Translations under genes and position numbers: made by a program
In this document: one piece after another, positions 1-13,376 of the stretch
How the letters are laid out: each line of letters opens with the position of its first letter
How positions within the stretch are numbered: position 1 is the stretch's first letter
DNA from: Intoshia linei
Lineage: Eukaryota; Animalia; Orthonectida
NCBI GenBank assembly: GCA_001642005.1
Contig: LWCA01000001.1
Coordinates: forward strand, 1 to 64,000
Reading direction: 5' to 3'
DNA length: 64,000 bases
Notes under the pieces: generated by a model
The model's database searches: none
What the model was told of the DNA's origin: nothing
The model's input: only the letters and a program-made list of their open reading frames with translations

Positions 1-114
1 ACATCTAATTCAAAATAAATTAAATAGTTTAAAAAATGAAATTGATATATATAAATAATAATTATTTTTAATTTAAATTTATAAAATATATATTATTGAC
101 ATAATTTTTTTTAG

Positions 115-474
115 ATTTCACCTGGACTTAATCTTAAAAATATCTCTACTATCAATATGATATTGTCATATATTGAATACGGCCAGAGTGTAATTATACT
201 TTACTGTAATATTGTTATCTTTAGGTTGATGCGTTATTAAACTTACATGATAAAATATGCCATCTTGCGCCAAATAGATATTACAAGACTTTACTTAATA
301 TTTACAGTAATTTTCGTATATAGTTATTTTAATTTTAATATAGAAAAACAATCGGCTATTATTAATATGGATTATTTGAAATCCTGTTTTGATATATCGT
401 CCAAGAATATAAGCGATCCAAATATATTATTTAAAATGAAAGCTCTTGTAGACAATTCACCTTCAAATCAATAA
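115..474 (+). CDS. 3' exons of an unidentified gene that starts upstream of the window
   Basis: Three short exons joined by GT-AG introns read ISPGLNLKNISTINMILSYIEYGQS|VDALLNLHDKICHLAPNRYYKTLLNIY|KKQSAIINMDY...NSPSNQ*. I recognise no family. Confidence 0.5.
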
Positions 475-837
475 ATTATTTATAATAGTTTCTTAAACTG
501 GGGTCCGAAAAAAATATTTTGTTATTCATAACGATTTTATAATTATAATTTGTTCATTTATTTAAATACTCACATTTGTAGAATTTTAATAAAATAAAAT
601 CTAAATGATCTTTTTTACAGTGAGTGTTGTCATAAATTTACACCTTTAAAGCAAGAGCTAAAAGTAAAATTTTATTACCCAACATTTTGCAATTATTACT
701 AAAAAAATATTGTGAATAATGACCACCCTTAGTTATAACTTAAAAGCGATATTTCAAATTATATTTTATAAAACAATTTAAATCACACATTATAATACAA
801 TTTCAAGATTATAGATTAGAATGAAAAGTAGAATTAA

Positions 838-3197
838 TCAACTTTTCCGTTTTTTGGTATCAATAATGACTGTATCTTTCTGATCAGGATTGTGTTTTTT
901 TGATTTTTCCTGTGTTAAATAATGAATGTACTGAAGCAACATTTTTTCAGTTATAGGCTTTTCAATACTCTTAATTATATCTAAAAAAGTAATATACATT
1001 TGAAACAATTCCAAATTACTTTCTGCAGTAGAAACGTAATTTGGTAAAAGTTTGTCCGTCCGTTCTCTTAAAAACTTCCACTGCTTTTTTACAAAGTCAT
1101 AATTACATTCTATAATTTTGTTGTTTAGTTTATACACTTCTGGAGTAAGCTACATAAAAAAATAATTACATTTCAATAAAATAACCGGCAAATATCCATA
1201 AATTTTGTTTGTCCCTCCACACATTAATTTGGCTTTGGTTTCAGAAATTTTACCCGCAGTTTGCTTATCTATTTCAATAACCAGTTTAAAATCAATAGTA
1301 TTCTGTTCCAATGACTTCCATTTCAATACTTTATCACATTTACCCAATATATATTTCTGTTTAAAATATTTTTAAAAGACCAATTTCTGTAATTACACAA
1401 TTAATTGGCTGAAAAATTAACCCGTCCGTTTCGTGACATAAGGCTGGCATAAACTCTTTCAAAAGCTAATAAAATGTAAATTTATGAGAGCCTATGATTA
1501 CAGTTTCAGTTTGGTTTAAATGAAAAAATTGTTTAGCTCGCACTCGAATATGCTCTTTGCTACTGTTAAAGTGACCTTTTTTAGCCAATACGGATCTGTT
1601 TAAGATAATTTTGTCTTTTATTATATTTAGTCGTTCATATAAATCTTTTTCCATCACATTTTCATTCTAATCAAAATAATAATGCCACACGACAAACAAA
1701 ATACCTCGTAACACAATACATCGTAGATGAGAGCTCTCACAACAACTTGTGATTTTTTTGATTCTGGTATTTTAAAAGTATCAATCACCATTTCCTACAT
1801 TGGAAAACCAAAAATTAGTAAAAGTATTATATTATTAATTTAATAAACTAACCGCATCCACAAGAGTATTTGTTAAAGGTTTCAGCTTCTGGCTATCGGC
1901 AAAAAATTTGAGGTTGGGTGTATGGAATATTTTATATTTTCGATCAATAAAATACACTTTTGTTTCGTCTAATATTAGAATCATGTACCTAAATAGTTGA
2001 TATATAATAATAAAATAAAATAACCTGATTCCATCTGCTTTCCAAGTAACCATATATGGTTCCTTCATCAACAATTGAAAGGTCATTCTATCTATGCAAA
2101 CAGCTTGAGATCCTGGAAAAGTTATTCTAAATTAATTACACAATACATAACAACTTAATGATACTGTTTTCGACCAATCAACTCATTGATTTTTTCTTTA
2201 ACTTTTTCAATTTCCTGAGGGTCGGTGACAGTTTTAACTGATGGTAATAAACCATTCATGAAATCTAGTTCCTAATTAACATTGTATATACATTAGCCTT
2301 ATAAGCTTTCGATAATTTTAAGTGTTTGGAGTGTATTCTGTAATGCATTTACGGAATTGTTTCCAAATATACCCAAATGGTCAAAATTTTTATATAAATA
2401 AATAAACTGGTTTATTTGGTTCCTGTTGTTTTGTGCTCCAATCAGGAATATTCACATTATATTCCAGTTTAGGTGAAAATAAAAGCTTTAATTTTTCTAT
2501 GTAATCTTGTTTATATATTCCATTAACTCGACACTGCAAAAATGTATATTTATAAATCGATATTTTAACCATACAATATTACTGAAAGAATCAAAAATTA
2601 CCCTCTTGAACATTTCTAAAGCATCGTGGAGTCTAAAATAAAATATTTTTATTAATTTTGTTACATTATACGTGTAGTTTTCCATTTGTACCAAATAGCA
2701 AACAATTAAAAATCCACTTCGATTATACCCATGAGTGCAATGAACACCTAACAAAATAATTTATGTAAATTTATCAATACTTTAATTACTTTTCAAGTTA
2801 TGACAATGATTTAAAATATAAATATTTACCAATAAGGCCGCTGTCGTTTTTGATAAAATTAGTGACAATATTATTAAAATCTTTGACATTTTTTTCACTG
2901 GGTGGTTGACCATGTCTAATATCATTAATATTTTAAAATACTATTAATACCCATCGCAAGCCATTTTGAAATATTTGCAATTATAGGAATTAAGCTCATC
3001 TTTATCATAATAACGGCTGGTTTTTGTTAAATCAATTATTAAGTTAATTTTTGTCTAGTCAATAATAGTAGTTTATGCAAGAAATTAAACTACATTGTAA
3101 AATTCACCGATTTGCATGAGACTGTTTATTGTCCATTGATTAATAGAGTTCATTTTATAACTTTCTTTTAGTGGTGTTTTAAATGCAATAAAAGTAT
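838..3197 (-). CDS. RNGTT: mRNA capping enzyme (RNA triphosphatase + guanylyltransferase), multi-exon; first exon unresolved
   Basis: Cys-phosphatase motif GVHCTHGYNRSG, FIAFKTPL, FPGSQAV, GTase motif I WKADG, HETDGLIFQP, LKWK..NTIDF and WKFLRERTDK..PN, in the correct order across tiny introns. Confidence 0.95.
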
Positions 3198-4749
3198 CTA
3201 ATTAACATTGGTTTTAAAATAAAATAAATAGAATTATCTAGGTACATTCGACTAATTGGGTTAAAATAAAATTGAATGTATTACAAAATCCCGCGCCGTC
3301 AGGACCCTTTAAAATATAAGGACACAACTGGTTGTCACTTTTCCATTTAAATTTTAAGTGATGGTAATTTACTTACAAAACTGCAAACGGTAGTTTACAA
3401 GTTATTTGTTTAGTTTTTGTAAATTGATAGCAATTATAATTATATATGTTGAATCAAGCGAAAATAGTAATCAGTTATAATAGGGTTATCCAATGTTGGT
3501 ATATTGCCTCCCATCAGAGACATTTTATCATTTTCAGAAATCAGAGAAAAAATTTATAAAAATAAATATTTACTTTTATAACGTTACAAACCCTTAGTTT
3601 TAATATAAAGGTTTAAAGTTCATTAATAATGATTGTAATCTCTAATTAGGTCTTGTACTTATCTTATTATTTAATGTAGAGATCTCAAAATATTTCTTTC
3701 TGTCCTTCAATTTTTATAGAAAAAATCACTAAAGTGATAATAACTTTTAATTAAATAATACAAATGAAAATTTTATCAGATCCTTAGTTAGAAATTAAGA
3801 AAAATTATTTATCTGTAAAATGGACATCTTCACTGTCAAAACCTCAGGCTAAAAATTTTTTAAATGAAAATAGTCCTAGAATTTTGAAAAAAATAAATGT
3901 CACCCTCAAAAATTAATATTTACAAAATTAGTAAACTAAAACAAATTTTGCTAAATAAAGCTAAGATTAATAAGTTAACTAAAACTCAAAATTACTCATT
4001 ATTTGGAAAAATTAAAAAGACTACTTGAATAGTCATTTCTTGATTTGAATTTTGGTCTCTTTGTTGTAATCAGGGCTTTGGAGGATCTAGGATTTTCAGC
4101 AAGTTCTCTTTCGATTATGAACAACGTTAATTCCGATAATTTACATTAAACTGAAGTTACTATTGTCTTTTCTCGATTATAAGTAGATCCTGAAATACAA
4201 ATTTTCAGTGAAATTTTTAACTAAATAAAATTTGAATATAAGCAGTTTCTGCTTGTATTCGAAAGAAAGAACTTTAAACACAAAATAGACAACATATCAA
4301 TTTATTTTTAAAAAATAACTTTCTTCATACAATAGAATGTCTAATTTATAAGTTTATACTAATTAGAAAAAAACTTATAGTGTATTTTTCAAGGTCTGCT
4401 TAAAAGTCTGGTTGTTTTTGATTATAAGCATTTTTCCTTCTACTCTCAAATATAATTATTATACAGCTATAATTTATACATTATTTTTTTAAAAGGAGCC
4501 ACACATTTTTTTGTCTTGCAAGTAAGTCTGCAGTATTTTATTAAAGTCTAGTTAACACATTATAATTAATACACCCAAAGGAAAACGATTAATAGCGTAA
4601 AAAGGTTAAATTGATAACGTAGTTCAGAAATTGAACTAAAAATCGAAAAAAGTCGAAATTACGTTATATATTCTTCAAATCTCATTGAGTCGTATCAAAA
4701 AATTGATTACACATGTAATTCAATTATGGCGACACATTAAAATTAAAAT

Positions 4750-5330
4750 TAGTGTTTTCAGATAACAAAAATCTTTCAATCTGGATGCTGCTGGCAATTT
4801 TGCACGGGTTGAATTAAAAATTAACATCATTAAAATGTCACATGAGAGGTCAGAAAATTTATAAATGTTCCCTTTAATATGTAGAAGTATAATGAAATAA
4901 ATGATGCGAAGTGTACATTCAAGAAATATTTTGCGTGGTGTCGTTTAGGCTGAACAATTCAGAATAAACATCTGTAAGGAATATGTAACATTTTAAGAAG
5001 CTAATCACGTGGAATATTCATCTATATATAGTCCTTCGAACAGTGTCATATACATCCAGATGTTTTGTGTTGAATTGGGAGAATAAATCATAATAAATTA
5101 TTAATCTTAACTTAAATGTAAAATCGCCTGCATATCTATATTCTTGTGATTATGACTTAAATTTCATATTATTATATGAAAAATATAAAAAGCCAACAAA
5201 TATAACCCTGGGTGTAAACCTTGTACTATATCAATGCTACACTGAATTAAAATTTACCGTTTATTGGGTTTCCAACTCTTGGACAATTTACCCATCGATC
5301 TGGTATCAATTGAGTATAATTCATATCTAT
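4750..5330 (+). mobile_element. Decayed Tc1/mariner transposase remnant
   Basis: Frameshifted VFSD..FNLD segment near 4752-4790 and a residue of the SPDLNPIE motif near 5290-5315. No intact ORF. Confidence 0.45.
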
Positions 5331-5784
5331 TTCAATTATGAAATTATTTTAAAATGAACTAATACATCGCTCAAAATATCATTAATTGGTTAATATGGTT
5401 ACTACAATTCATTTAAGTAGCATGGTTTTAATTTTAAACGATTGTGCGGCCATTGCAAAACATTGGTGTTATTTATTGTAACTTATCATAAGATAATTTT
5501 AATTGAAACAAATGAAATGTTAATGGTGGATTTAAGGAAATGTTTATTTTAAATTTGATTATTAATCAAGTCTTATTGATAAGGGCTGAAATAAATTTCC
5601 ATTTTTTTCAAATTAAATTAAGAAAATAAGAGTAAAATATTAAATTTTAATAACACAATAAAAATGTATAAAATGAAATATCTAGTATTATTTCCAAAAA
5701 AAGCATTTAATTTTAGAACATTATATATCCGGGATATGTTCAACACCCTAAAATTCAGACATTTAACATTGATTTTAAATTAAA

Positions 5785-5981
5785 TTTCAGTGGTTATTGA
5801 CTCTATTACCTAATGTTGGGTCATATTATAATAACAGTAAATTATTAAAACTCAGTTTTAATACGTGTCAATATATCAATATCAAATATTAATGCCGTCT
5901 ATGATCAATTTTATATAAGATCTGAATATAGTATGAAAACATGATCATAATACGAATTTTAGTACTCAATAACCACTGAAA
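5785..5981. repeat. Small inverted-repeat element (MITE-like)
   Basis: A 16-bp perfect inverted repeat tttcagtggttattga / tcaataaccactgaaa about 195 bp apart. No clear TSD. Confidence 0.5.
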
Positions 5982-6260
5982 TACACTTTTAGGTATAAAG
6001 TAGGGTAAGTAGCCATAAATTACGATTATTATAAAAATATCAAACCACGTCAAATCAGAAATTAAAAAAAACCAAATGATTATAATCTTTAATTATTAAA
6101 TTTCGATGAAATCTTAAAAACAAAATACAAAATAGAATTGATTTAAATTTGATTAGCGATTTTTAGTTACTTTGACTTCTTAAAAATTAATTAATCCAAT
6201 TTAATCTAAATATGTTGTATCATAGGTAAATGTTTGATACCAAGTAATAACACACAAACA

Positions 6261-9200
6261 ATGACAATTAATACACAAAAAAAACGAATAGGAGACGTCC
6301 GAGGGCCACAACCAAATTCTGTTGGCATTGTAATTATTTTCATTCACATGAAAAACATTTTATTTTTTATGAATTTTTTTATTACAAACTTTGTAGTTTT
6401 TTGTTTCTTCACACTAATATAAATGCTTCCTGTAAAATCAAGATAATCAACCAAAAATTAATGAAAAAAATTAAGTAAAAATTAGGATGAGTAATTCAAT
6501 ACATTAATTTTTGATAAATCAGTAGTAATTTTTTTTATTACAAAAAAATACAAGTGAATTAAAATATTAGGTATCGAGACCATGGAAAAAGATGAACGAT
6601 TCAACAGCTCGAATAAATAAACTTAAACTAATAACAGAAATGATTGAAGACAGAAAAAAGGAAATGACTAAAGAAAGAAATCAAATGATTCGAAATCAAT
6701 GGTTTTTAAAGGACAATAAAGAGTTTGACGACAGTGAAATATCAAATTTAGTAAATTCTTATCGAAATGACACAAACTTGCAATTGGAAGAACGAAGATT
6801 AAAGTAATTTATCAAATTTAAATATGTGTAAATAAAATTTCACTTAATTTAAAAAATTGGAAGCGATTTAGATTTTATTTGAAAATATATAAGTTTCACG
6901 TTATTGCTTTGGTTAATAAAATTTTATTGAAAAATTTAATAAAATATATATTTCAATTATTCATTTTTATTTGTGGTATTAACAACAATGACGATAATGA
7001 CTAAAAGAATAAAGGCGGCTACAACAATTCCAATTATAGCTTGTGTTTTTTTATGTTCTAACCACATTTTTCTTTTAATTTTTGTAGCATTACCAGTAAA
7101 AACGTTTGCCTATAAACAATGACTAAAATATAAAAATTATAATTTACCGATTCTTGTAAATTATGTGTTCTTTGGTCCAACTGATTTAAATCATCCCCAC
7201 GTTTGGTGGCCATCTCAACGTTCCGACTCATTTGCTCTTTTGTCGACTTGATTTGATTCTGCATCTCGTCAATATATTCCTTGTTTTCCATTATTACAAA
7301 TTACGTTATAATATATCAATAAAAAATAAACTAAAGTAACAATAACTTTTCTTTTAGTATGAAATTGACGTTTATTTAGTTTTGTTAATGATATTGTTTT
7401 TGAGATGAAAAAATGCATACATTTTTATTCGTGCGAATAATTTTTGGTAACATTGAAAACGTTGAGTGGTTTCATAATTTCATGGTTTGTATTTCGTTTT
7501 TTCAGTACTACATCATTTGAGTCTTCCGAATAATATTTTAAAATTCGTTTGCCAAATATTGCAAAATATGCATCACTAATGTTTATTCCACCAAAAATAT
7601 TTTTATAGAAATATTCATAAATAACTACATAATGTACAATTTATATGAAAATTTTTTTATCAGCGACTCACCATTAAATTTAGACTATCAGAATTATTGG
7701 AAAATGAAAAAAATACAAACATTGCTAACATTGTAGTAAACCAAGAAACTAGTGAAGAAAGAGCAGATAAAATGAGAGAAAAATCTTTAAAACTAAAACA
7801 AATCAGAGAAAAAGACGAAAGACAATATGCTAACGATGTCGTAGAAAAGCAATGGATGTAATATATTGATAAACATGATAGTCATTTATAAAATGTTATA
7901 TTTATTAGAGGGTGCCACCATGAGGTGATAACATTTAAGACGAATTGGAACACTAAAACGTTTAAATAATTATAACCAAAAACTAAACAAATTAGAAAAA
8001 AACTGGGATCACACAATATTACTTTTTTAAAGTGAATTGAATTAAGTTATTGAATCGAAAATTACAAAGAATATAATAAAATGAAATCAAAATTTAAAAA
8101 AGCGACCCAAAAAAAAATATAAAATTAAAAAATGGTTCAAGTTTATCATGAACTGAACAGCTTTTGAAAAAAATCAAAATAAAACGATATACACTGTATC
8201 TGAGTCGTAAAATTTTACAACTAAAACAAAGAACCCCTCAGTGAGAGCCTTCACAGGTCAATTTTGTACAATGTGTACAAATCCAAATCCAAAAGACCCA
8301 CGTAACCCACCTTGTTCAACATTTATACATAATGAAGTTTGATATATCTCAAGGTTTATACATTTTTTATAATTATAAATAGTCGAGATTGCAACGAACT
8401 ACGAACCGTACAATCAAAAGTAAACTGTTACCATGTTCAAGTAGAAAGACAAAAAACGTACAATGAAGATAAACTTAAAAAAGACGAAATGAAACAAAGA
8501 AATAAGCAATTTTACGATAAATTATGGAAAAATGATATAAGAATGAAAGAAAACAACGAACAAAATGAAAAATTAAAAAAACTAAAATTGAAACACGACA
8601 TTTGTAGCGTTTTGACACAACAAATTAAAGAAAGAGAAAAACGAAAAATGGACATTCAAATAGAAAAATCTAAAGAATACCAAGATTTGGTAGATAAAAA
8701 AATACAATAACTTTTAATTTAATTTTACTAGATGAATTTACAAGAACAAATAAAATTGGAGAAAGAAAACGAATTCAATAAAAAATTAAAAAAATACCAC
8801 AACAGTAAAAAATTTTTTGAAAATTCTTTAAAAATGCGAAATAAACATACACAATACATAAAAAATGAACAATTAAAATATGATCAAGCATTGTTACAAA
8901 AACTGGAAAAAGAAGAATCCGATGAAAAAAGAGCCAGTATACATTCAAAGGTAAATTCAACAATATTAAAACATTTATTTTTTAGAAACGACGCAATTAT
9001 GAAAATTTAATTTACATGGATTATTTAAATAAAATAAACAACAAGGAACAATCAAGGCTAGTAAAAGTAGATAAAATGTGTGATGAAATAATGAATGAAG
9101 ACTTGGTAAAACGTAAGGAACGGTCTGTATTAGAGTACGGTAGACAAAGGAAATTGATTGATGCAATAAAAAACAGCAGAAAACAACAAGTTGATGAAAA

Positions 9201-9527
9201 ACGTATCATACATTAAATTATTAGATTAATTATACACACTTAGTGGAGTTGATCAAAAAAAGAAAAGAAGAGGAATGCCAAGAAGTAAATCAATTTTTAA
9301 ATATTCTCAAAAAACAAAATGAACTATTCAATGTCAAAGAAGCTGTCAAATCTAGACGCAATAGAGAATATCAACTGGATCTTTTGGCCCAAATTGAATT
9401 TAATAAAAAAATTAAAGAAAGCAAATTATTACAACAAAAAGAAATTTACCGTAGACAAGTTGATGCTGATGAATTATACAAAACAAAAATTGAAAATACC
9501 TTAAAATTAGATGCATTCAAAATTTAA
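6261..9527 (+). CDS. CFAP53: Cilia- and flagella-associated protein 53 (CCDC11), multi-exon
   Basis: Exon 1 DVRGPQPNSVGI resembles the family start EVKGPTPKVVI. It continues LEERRLK|LSELLENE...ETSEERADKMREK, RDCNELR, DKLWKND and EYQLDLLAQI; the protein is coiled-coil throughout and splice phases are consistent. Confidence 0.85.
6957..7291 (-). CDS. VAMP/synaptobrevin-family R-SNARE, 98 aa, two exons (7291-7148, 7109-6957), nested in CFAP53 intron 2
   Basis: R-SNARE motif MSRNVEMATKRGDDLNQLDQRTHNLQES|ANVF..ATKIKRKMW followed by a C-terminal transmembrane helix AIIGIVVAAFILLVIIVIVV. The 38-nt intron is GT-AG. Confidence 0.92.
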
Positions 9528-10360
9528 ATTTTTCATATAATAAACATGGAAGAGAGGCGGAACTGTATACATAATTTTAAATAAATTGGTTAAATTCATT
9601 AAATATGGATTACATAACTCGTGTACTCGCTTCCACTGACATCAACGTCTCGTTGGTACAAATTAGCGGTATGCTCATTGAAAGTCCAAACTTTACAATT
9701 TTTCTAAAATCCTTACATAAATATAAAGTAAAGTAAAATTTGCTAAATATCTGAATTGAATAGTACTCTTTCCACACATTATGTACTCATCTATTTAGGA
9801 AAATGACAGCCAGGAATTTAAAAAACCTCATATTTAATTTAGTTTTTATCGGTGCAGAAAATTAGATAAAATTTCATCTTCGCGGTCAAAAAGACAAATG
9901 ACCCATTATTTGGAAAAAACAATTAAGTCTCATGCTCAAGTTTAAGTCTGTTTCCAGCTAACATACAGAAAAATTTTAATTTCAGAATTGCATACCTTCA
10001 ATCAGAGCCGAACCTACTAACCTCGAAACCAGCCGAAAATGAAAAATAGGAAAAAAAATTTTTTTGCTAATTATGCGTAACGTCATACATCCTAGCCGCC
10101 TCTCCAATGCTGTTTAGTTGATATTTTAAATTTGACAACAAAAAAGTTATGATATTCAAAAATATAATTTTAATTGTAATGCTCCATTTTGAAAAATGAC
10201 TTACATTTCACAAAAATTTCGCTGAGGCCCCGAAAAGGAGTACCAAGGAATAGTTAGTTAGGCACTGCCTTCAGGGTCACAAAATAACTTTTTAATGAGA
10301 TGCATCGTCCCAAATTTTAATAAATTTATAATAATAAAGTTTATTCCAGTTAATCTAGAA

Positions 10361-10678
10361 CAGGGTCGGCACCCAGTGGTCTGCGGGCCAAAAGTGGACA
10401 ACAGAATAATTTTGGTGTCCATTTAAGTAAATATGTAAAATATTTAATTTTCAACTTTTAAACACCGTTTAAACATTTCTACTACGACTGTACAATTGCC
10501 TCATTATAATCATTTTAATACTGAATTTTCAAATCGCCCAGGATTTTATTTTGTTGAATATACTAGAACCATTTCTCTTTAATTAAAATTGAATTGTATC
10601 ATGTGTACATTTTCAAAAACCGTGGAATTTTTTGATATAAAAAGTGGCCCACGAAATGCAAAAGGTTACCGACCCTTA
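10361..10678. mobile_element. hAT-type MITE (degenerate)
   Basis: Ends cagggtcggca... and ...ttaccgaccctta. Flanks atctagaa / atctacaa match at 7 of 8 positions as a TSD. Confidence 0.6.
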
Positions 10679-11223
10679 ATCTACAATCCAAATTCTAGAG
10701 AAAAAATTTCATCCTTACAAAAATTAACATATTCCTGGTTTAAAAATTGGAATATACCTGCAAAAACAAATTTTAATTATCAACCAATAATTTTCAAATT
10801 CTTGAAAATCAAATTATTTATTAGGGTCCGATAGAAAAATTTTAATTTTAATTAATTTCAGTTAAAAACAGCTCAATTTTATCTAAGCATTAGCAAAAAA
10901 TCAGTTAGGATTGCATTAATAAATGGATTAATATACGCCTAGGCATAGGTCCCACAGAAGATGGTAGCCATATCCTTAGAGATAGCTCCGAACCTACCAT
11001 ACTCAAGACCCCAAGGAAACCCTCTTGGGATGTTTAATAAATTTTTGTGAAATGGGCCATTATTTTTCCAAATTAAGCATTAATATTTTTATTATAGAAT
11101 ACACGTATGTCTTATAACTATTTTATGTCAAAACGTAAAGTCAAGAGCCATGTAAAGGTAGTGATTTCTCAGGAAATGACAAAAGTCGAAAACCGAGAAA
11201 ACAAAAAATTTTTTATTCATATA

Positions 11224-11826
11224 CAGTAAATTCCGCTTATAAGAGACACTGGTTATAACAGACGTCCAGATATAAGGGACAAAAATCTACTTATAGTGAA
11301 ATTGTGTATGTTCAATTATATAATCAATAAATTTTTTGCTTTTGATTTTATCAATGTGAAGTTTTTTTTTAAAAAGTTTGTATAGTAAATTTGGAGTTTT
11401 GGATTTTTTACAAAATGAAAAAGAAACAAAGTTGACTGTACCATCTCCGTCACCATATTCAATACGTTTAATTTTGGTAAATTTTTTCTTTTAAAAATAA
11501 TTTTGTTTGTTGTTTTTATTCCATAACTATAAATACAATGTGTGGTTACGTTGCGAAGTGGGTAATATTGTACAAGTTTGTTAATCAAAGTATAACAGTA
11601 TACAAGAGTGCGTTAAAATTTTACAAATAAATAAATATTTTTATAATTGTAAATGATAAAATGGTAAATTGAAATAAATATTTTTATAATTGTACGTTTC
11701 TATGAAAAATTGTTATAGTAATATAGAATAGTTATACTAAAAATTGATATAGTATGTACAGTGGAATCCGGTTATAAGGGACAAATTGTTTGGTCCCGAT
11801 GCGTCTCTTATAAGCGGATTCCACTG
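11224..11826. mobile_element. pogo/Tigger-like MITE
   Basis: TIRs cagtaaattccgcttataagagac / gtctcttataagcggattccactg flanked by TA, with subterminal ttataagggac repeats. Confidence 0.85.
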
Positions 11827-13376
11827 TATAATATAGAAGCATTAAAAATTTTAGAGATCTTAATTAATTTTAGAAACAAAAAGAAATTTAATTAATGAAA
11901 TAACACAAATCTAGATTGAAATTTACAAATTTAATTAGAAAAAAATTTATTTATTTTAGATTGTTGAAAAAGTGTTTTAAAACATACATAATATTTATAG
12001 ATTCGTCTTTTAAACGCGTTCTATCTAAATTAGAAGTAGTAGAGAAATTTCTTTCATTTTGTGTTGACGTAGATTGAACGGTCATAAGGGCTTCCTTTAA
12101 TTTTAACAATCTTGATGATAGCGTTCTAGTTTGTAACAACTCATAATATTTTTCAAAATAATATTGGAAAAAGAGGATAATTCCCTTAAGCGTTAGTAAT
12201 TTGTGGTTGGAATAAGATGTTTTTAAAAAAAGTATTGGAAAAAGGATATTTTTCCATTAAGGGCTGGAAAATTAGATTTTTGATTAAATTTTATTAGTGG
12301 TGGGATTTTTGAAATGGTGAATTTTAAATATTATAATATAATCATATTTTCATAGTAATCACAAACATAAATCAAATACAGGTATGTCTCAATTTTTTTC
12401 GGGAAATCCCGGGAAATCGTAAAAATCCCGGGAATTTTGTCCCGGTACAATCACTATGTAGAGGTAACATATTACGATATAAAATATAAAATTAATGACA
12501 CTAAGCAGCGTTTAAGAAAATTTTTTAATGAACTGTTTTATTTGAGGTGGCCTCGTTAGGTTCGGCTCTGCTTCTGTAATCGATAAGTGTGTAGTTATAA
12601 TGAAGTAAATAGCTACAAACGAATAAATAATATTACCCTTCCTCTAAATAACATATTATACCATAAGGGCAGATTGTAATAAATGTAGAAACTAGTCCCA
12701 GTTAAAACAGCAGATGGCAGAAGACGCGTAAGATACATATCTAATAATAATATTAATTGACTTACAAAACAATGTACATGTAATTACAAATATTAAGCTT
12801 TAATAAACAAAATTATAATATACCTTAATATTTTAGCCAAAAACCAATATATAAATGAAATCAACTATATTAGACAAATATCCATGTAAATATCCATAAA
12901 AAGATGGATTTGAATAATTTTTTGATTACAATTCATGTAAAATGCTTTCATTAGTTTTACAAACTCTAGGTTTCAATTTTAAATTTGAAAGCAATGTTTA
13001 CAAACAGTGAATAATTTTCAAGTTAAAAAAATAGATTTATTTTTGTTGATCAATCGTTAATTATCATTAAAATTAAAATATTTTGACTGGGCTGAGATTG
13101 TCGAATCGTCATTTCAAGTTGAGTAGATTCCAAATTTTTCGCATTTTTCCAAGTGATGAAACAAGCATATACGAAACAAATACACATTAAGACGTGAAGA
13201 ATGATAACTTGTAATTTGAACCCTTAAATTCCCGAATGATTCTAATAATAATAAACTTTTAATTTTAATTATGAATCAAATGCAATAAATTAAGAAATAG
13301 ACCAGTTAGCAACCTAAAAATTTGGTAATAATATTTTTAACATAAATTAAAGTTTATTGTATTTATCAGAATCAAA

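Noticed and set aside
3200-3530. RNGTT first exon or micro-exons
   Set aside because: I found no phase-consistent model giving the expected PxRWxxCP start, so it is left unresolved.
8775-9209. Antisense ORFs over CFAP53, and similar short ORFs over ISY1 and DMXL
   Set aside because: Shadow ORFs of real coding exons with no recognisable motifs.
12709-12721. CTCF-like motif cagcagatggcag
   Set aside because: A single partial match among transposon debris.
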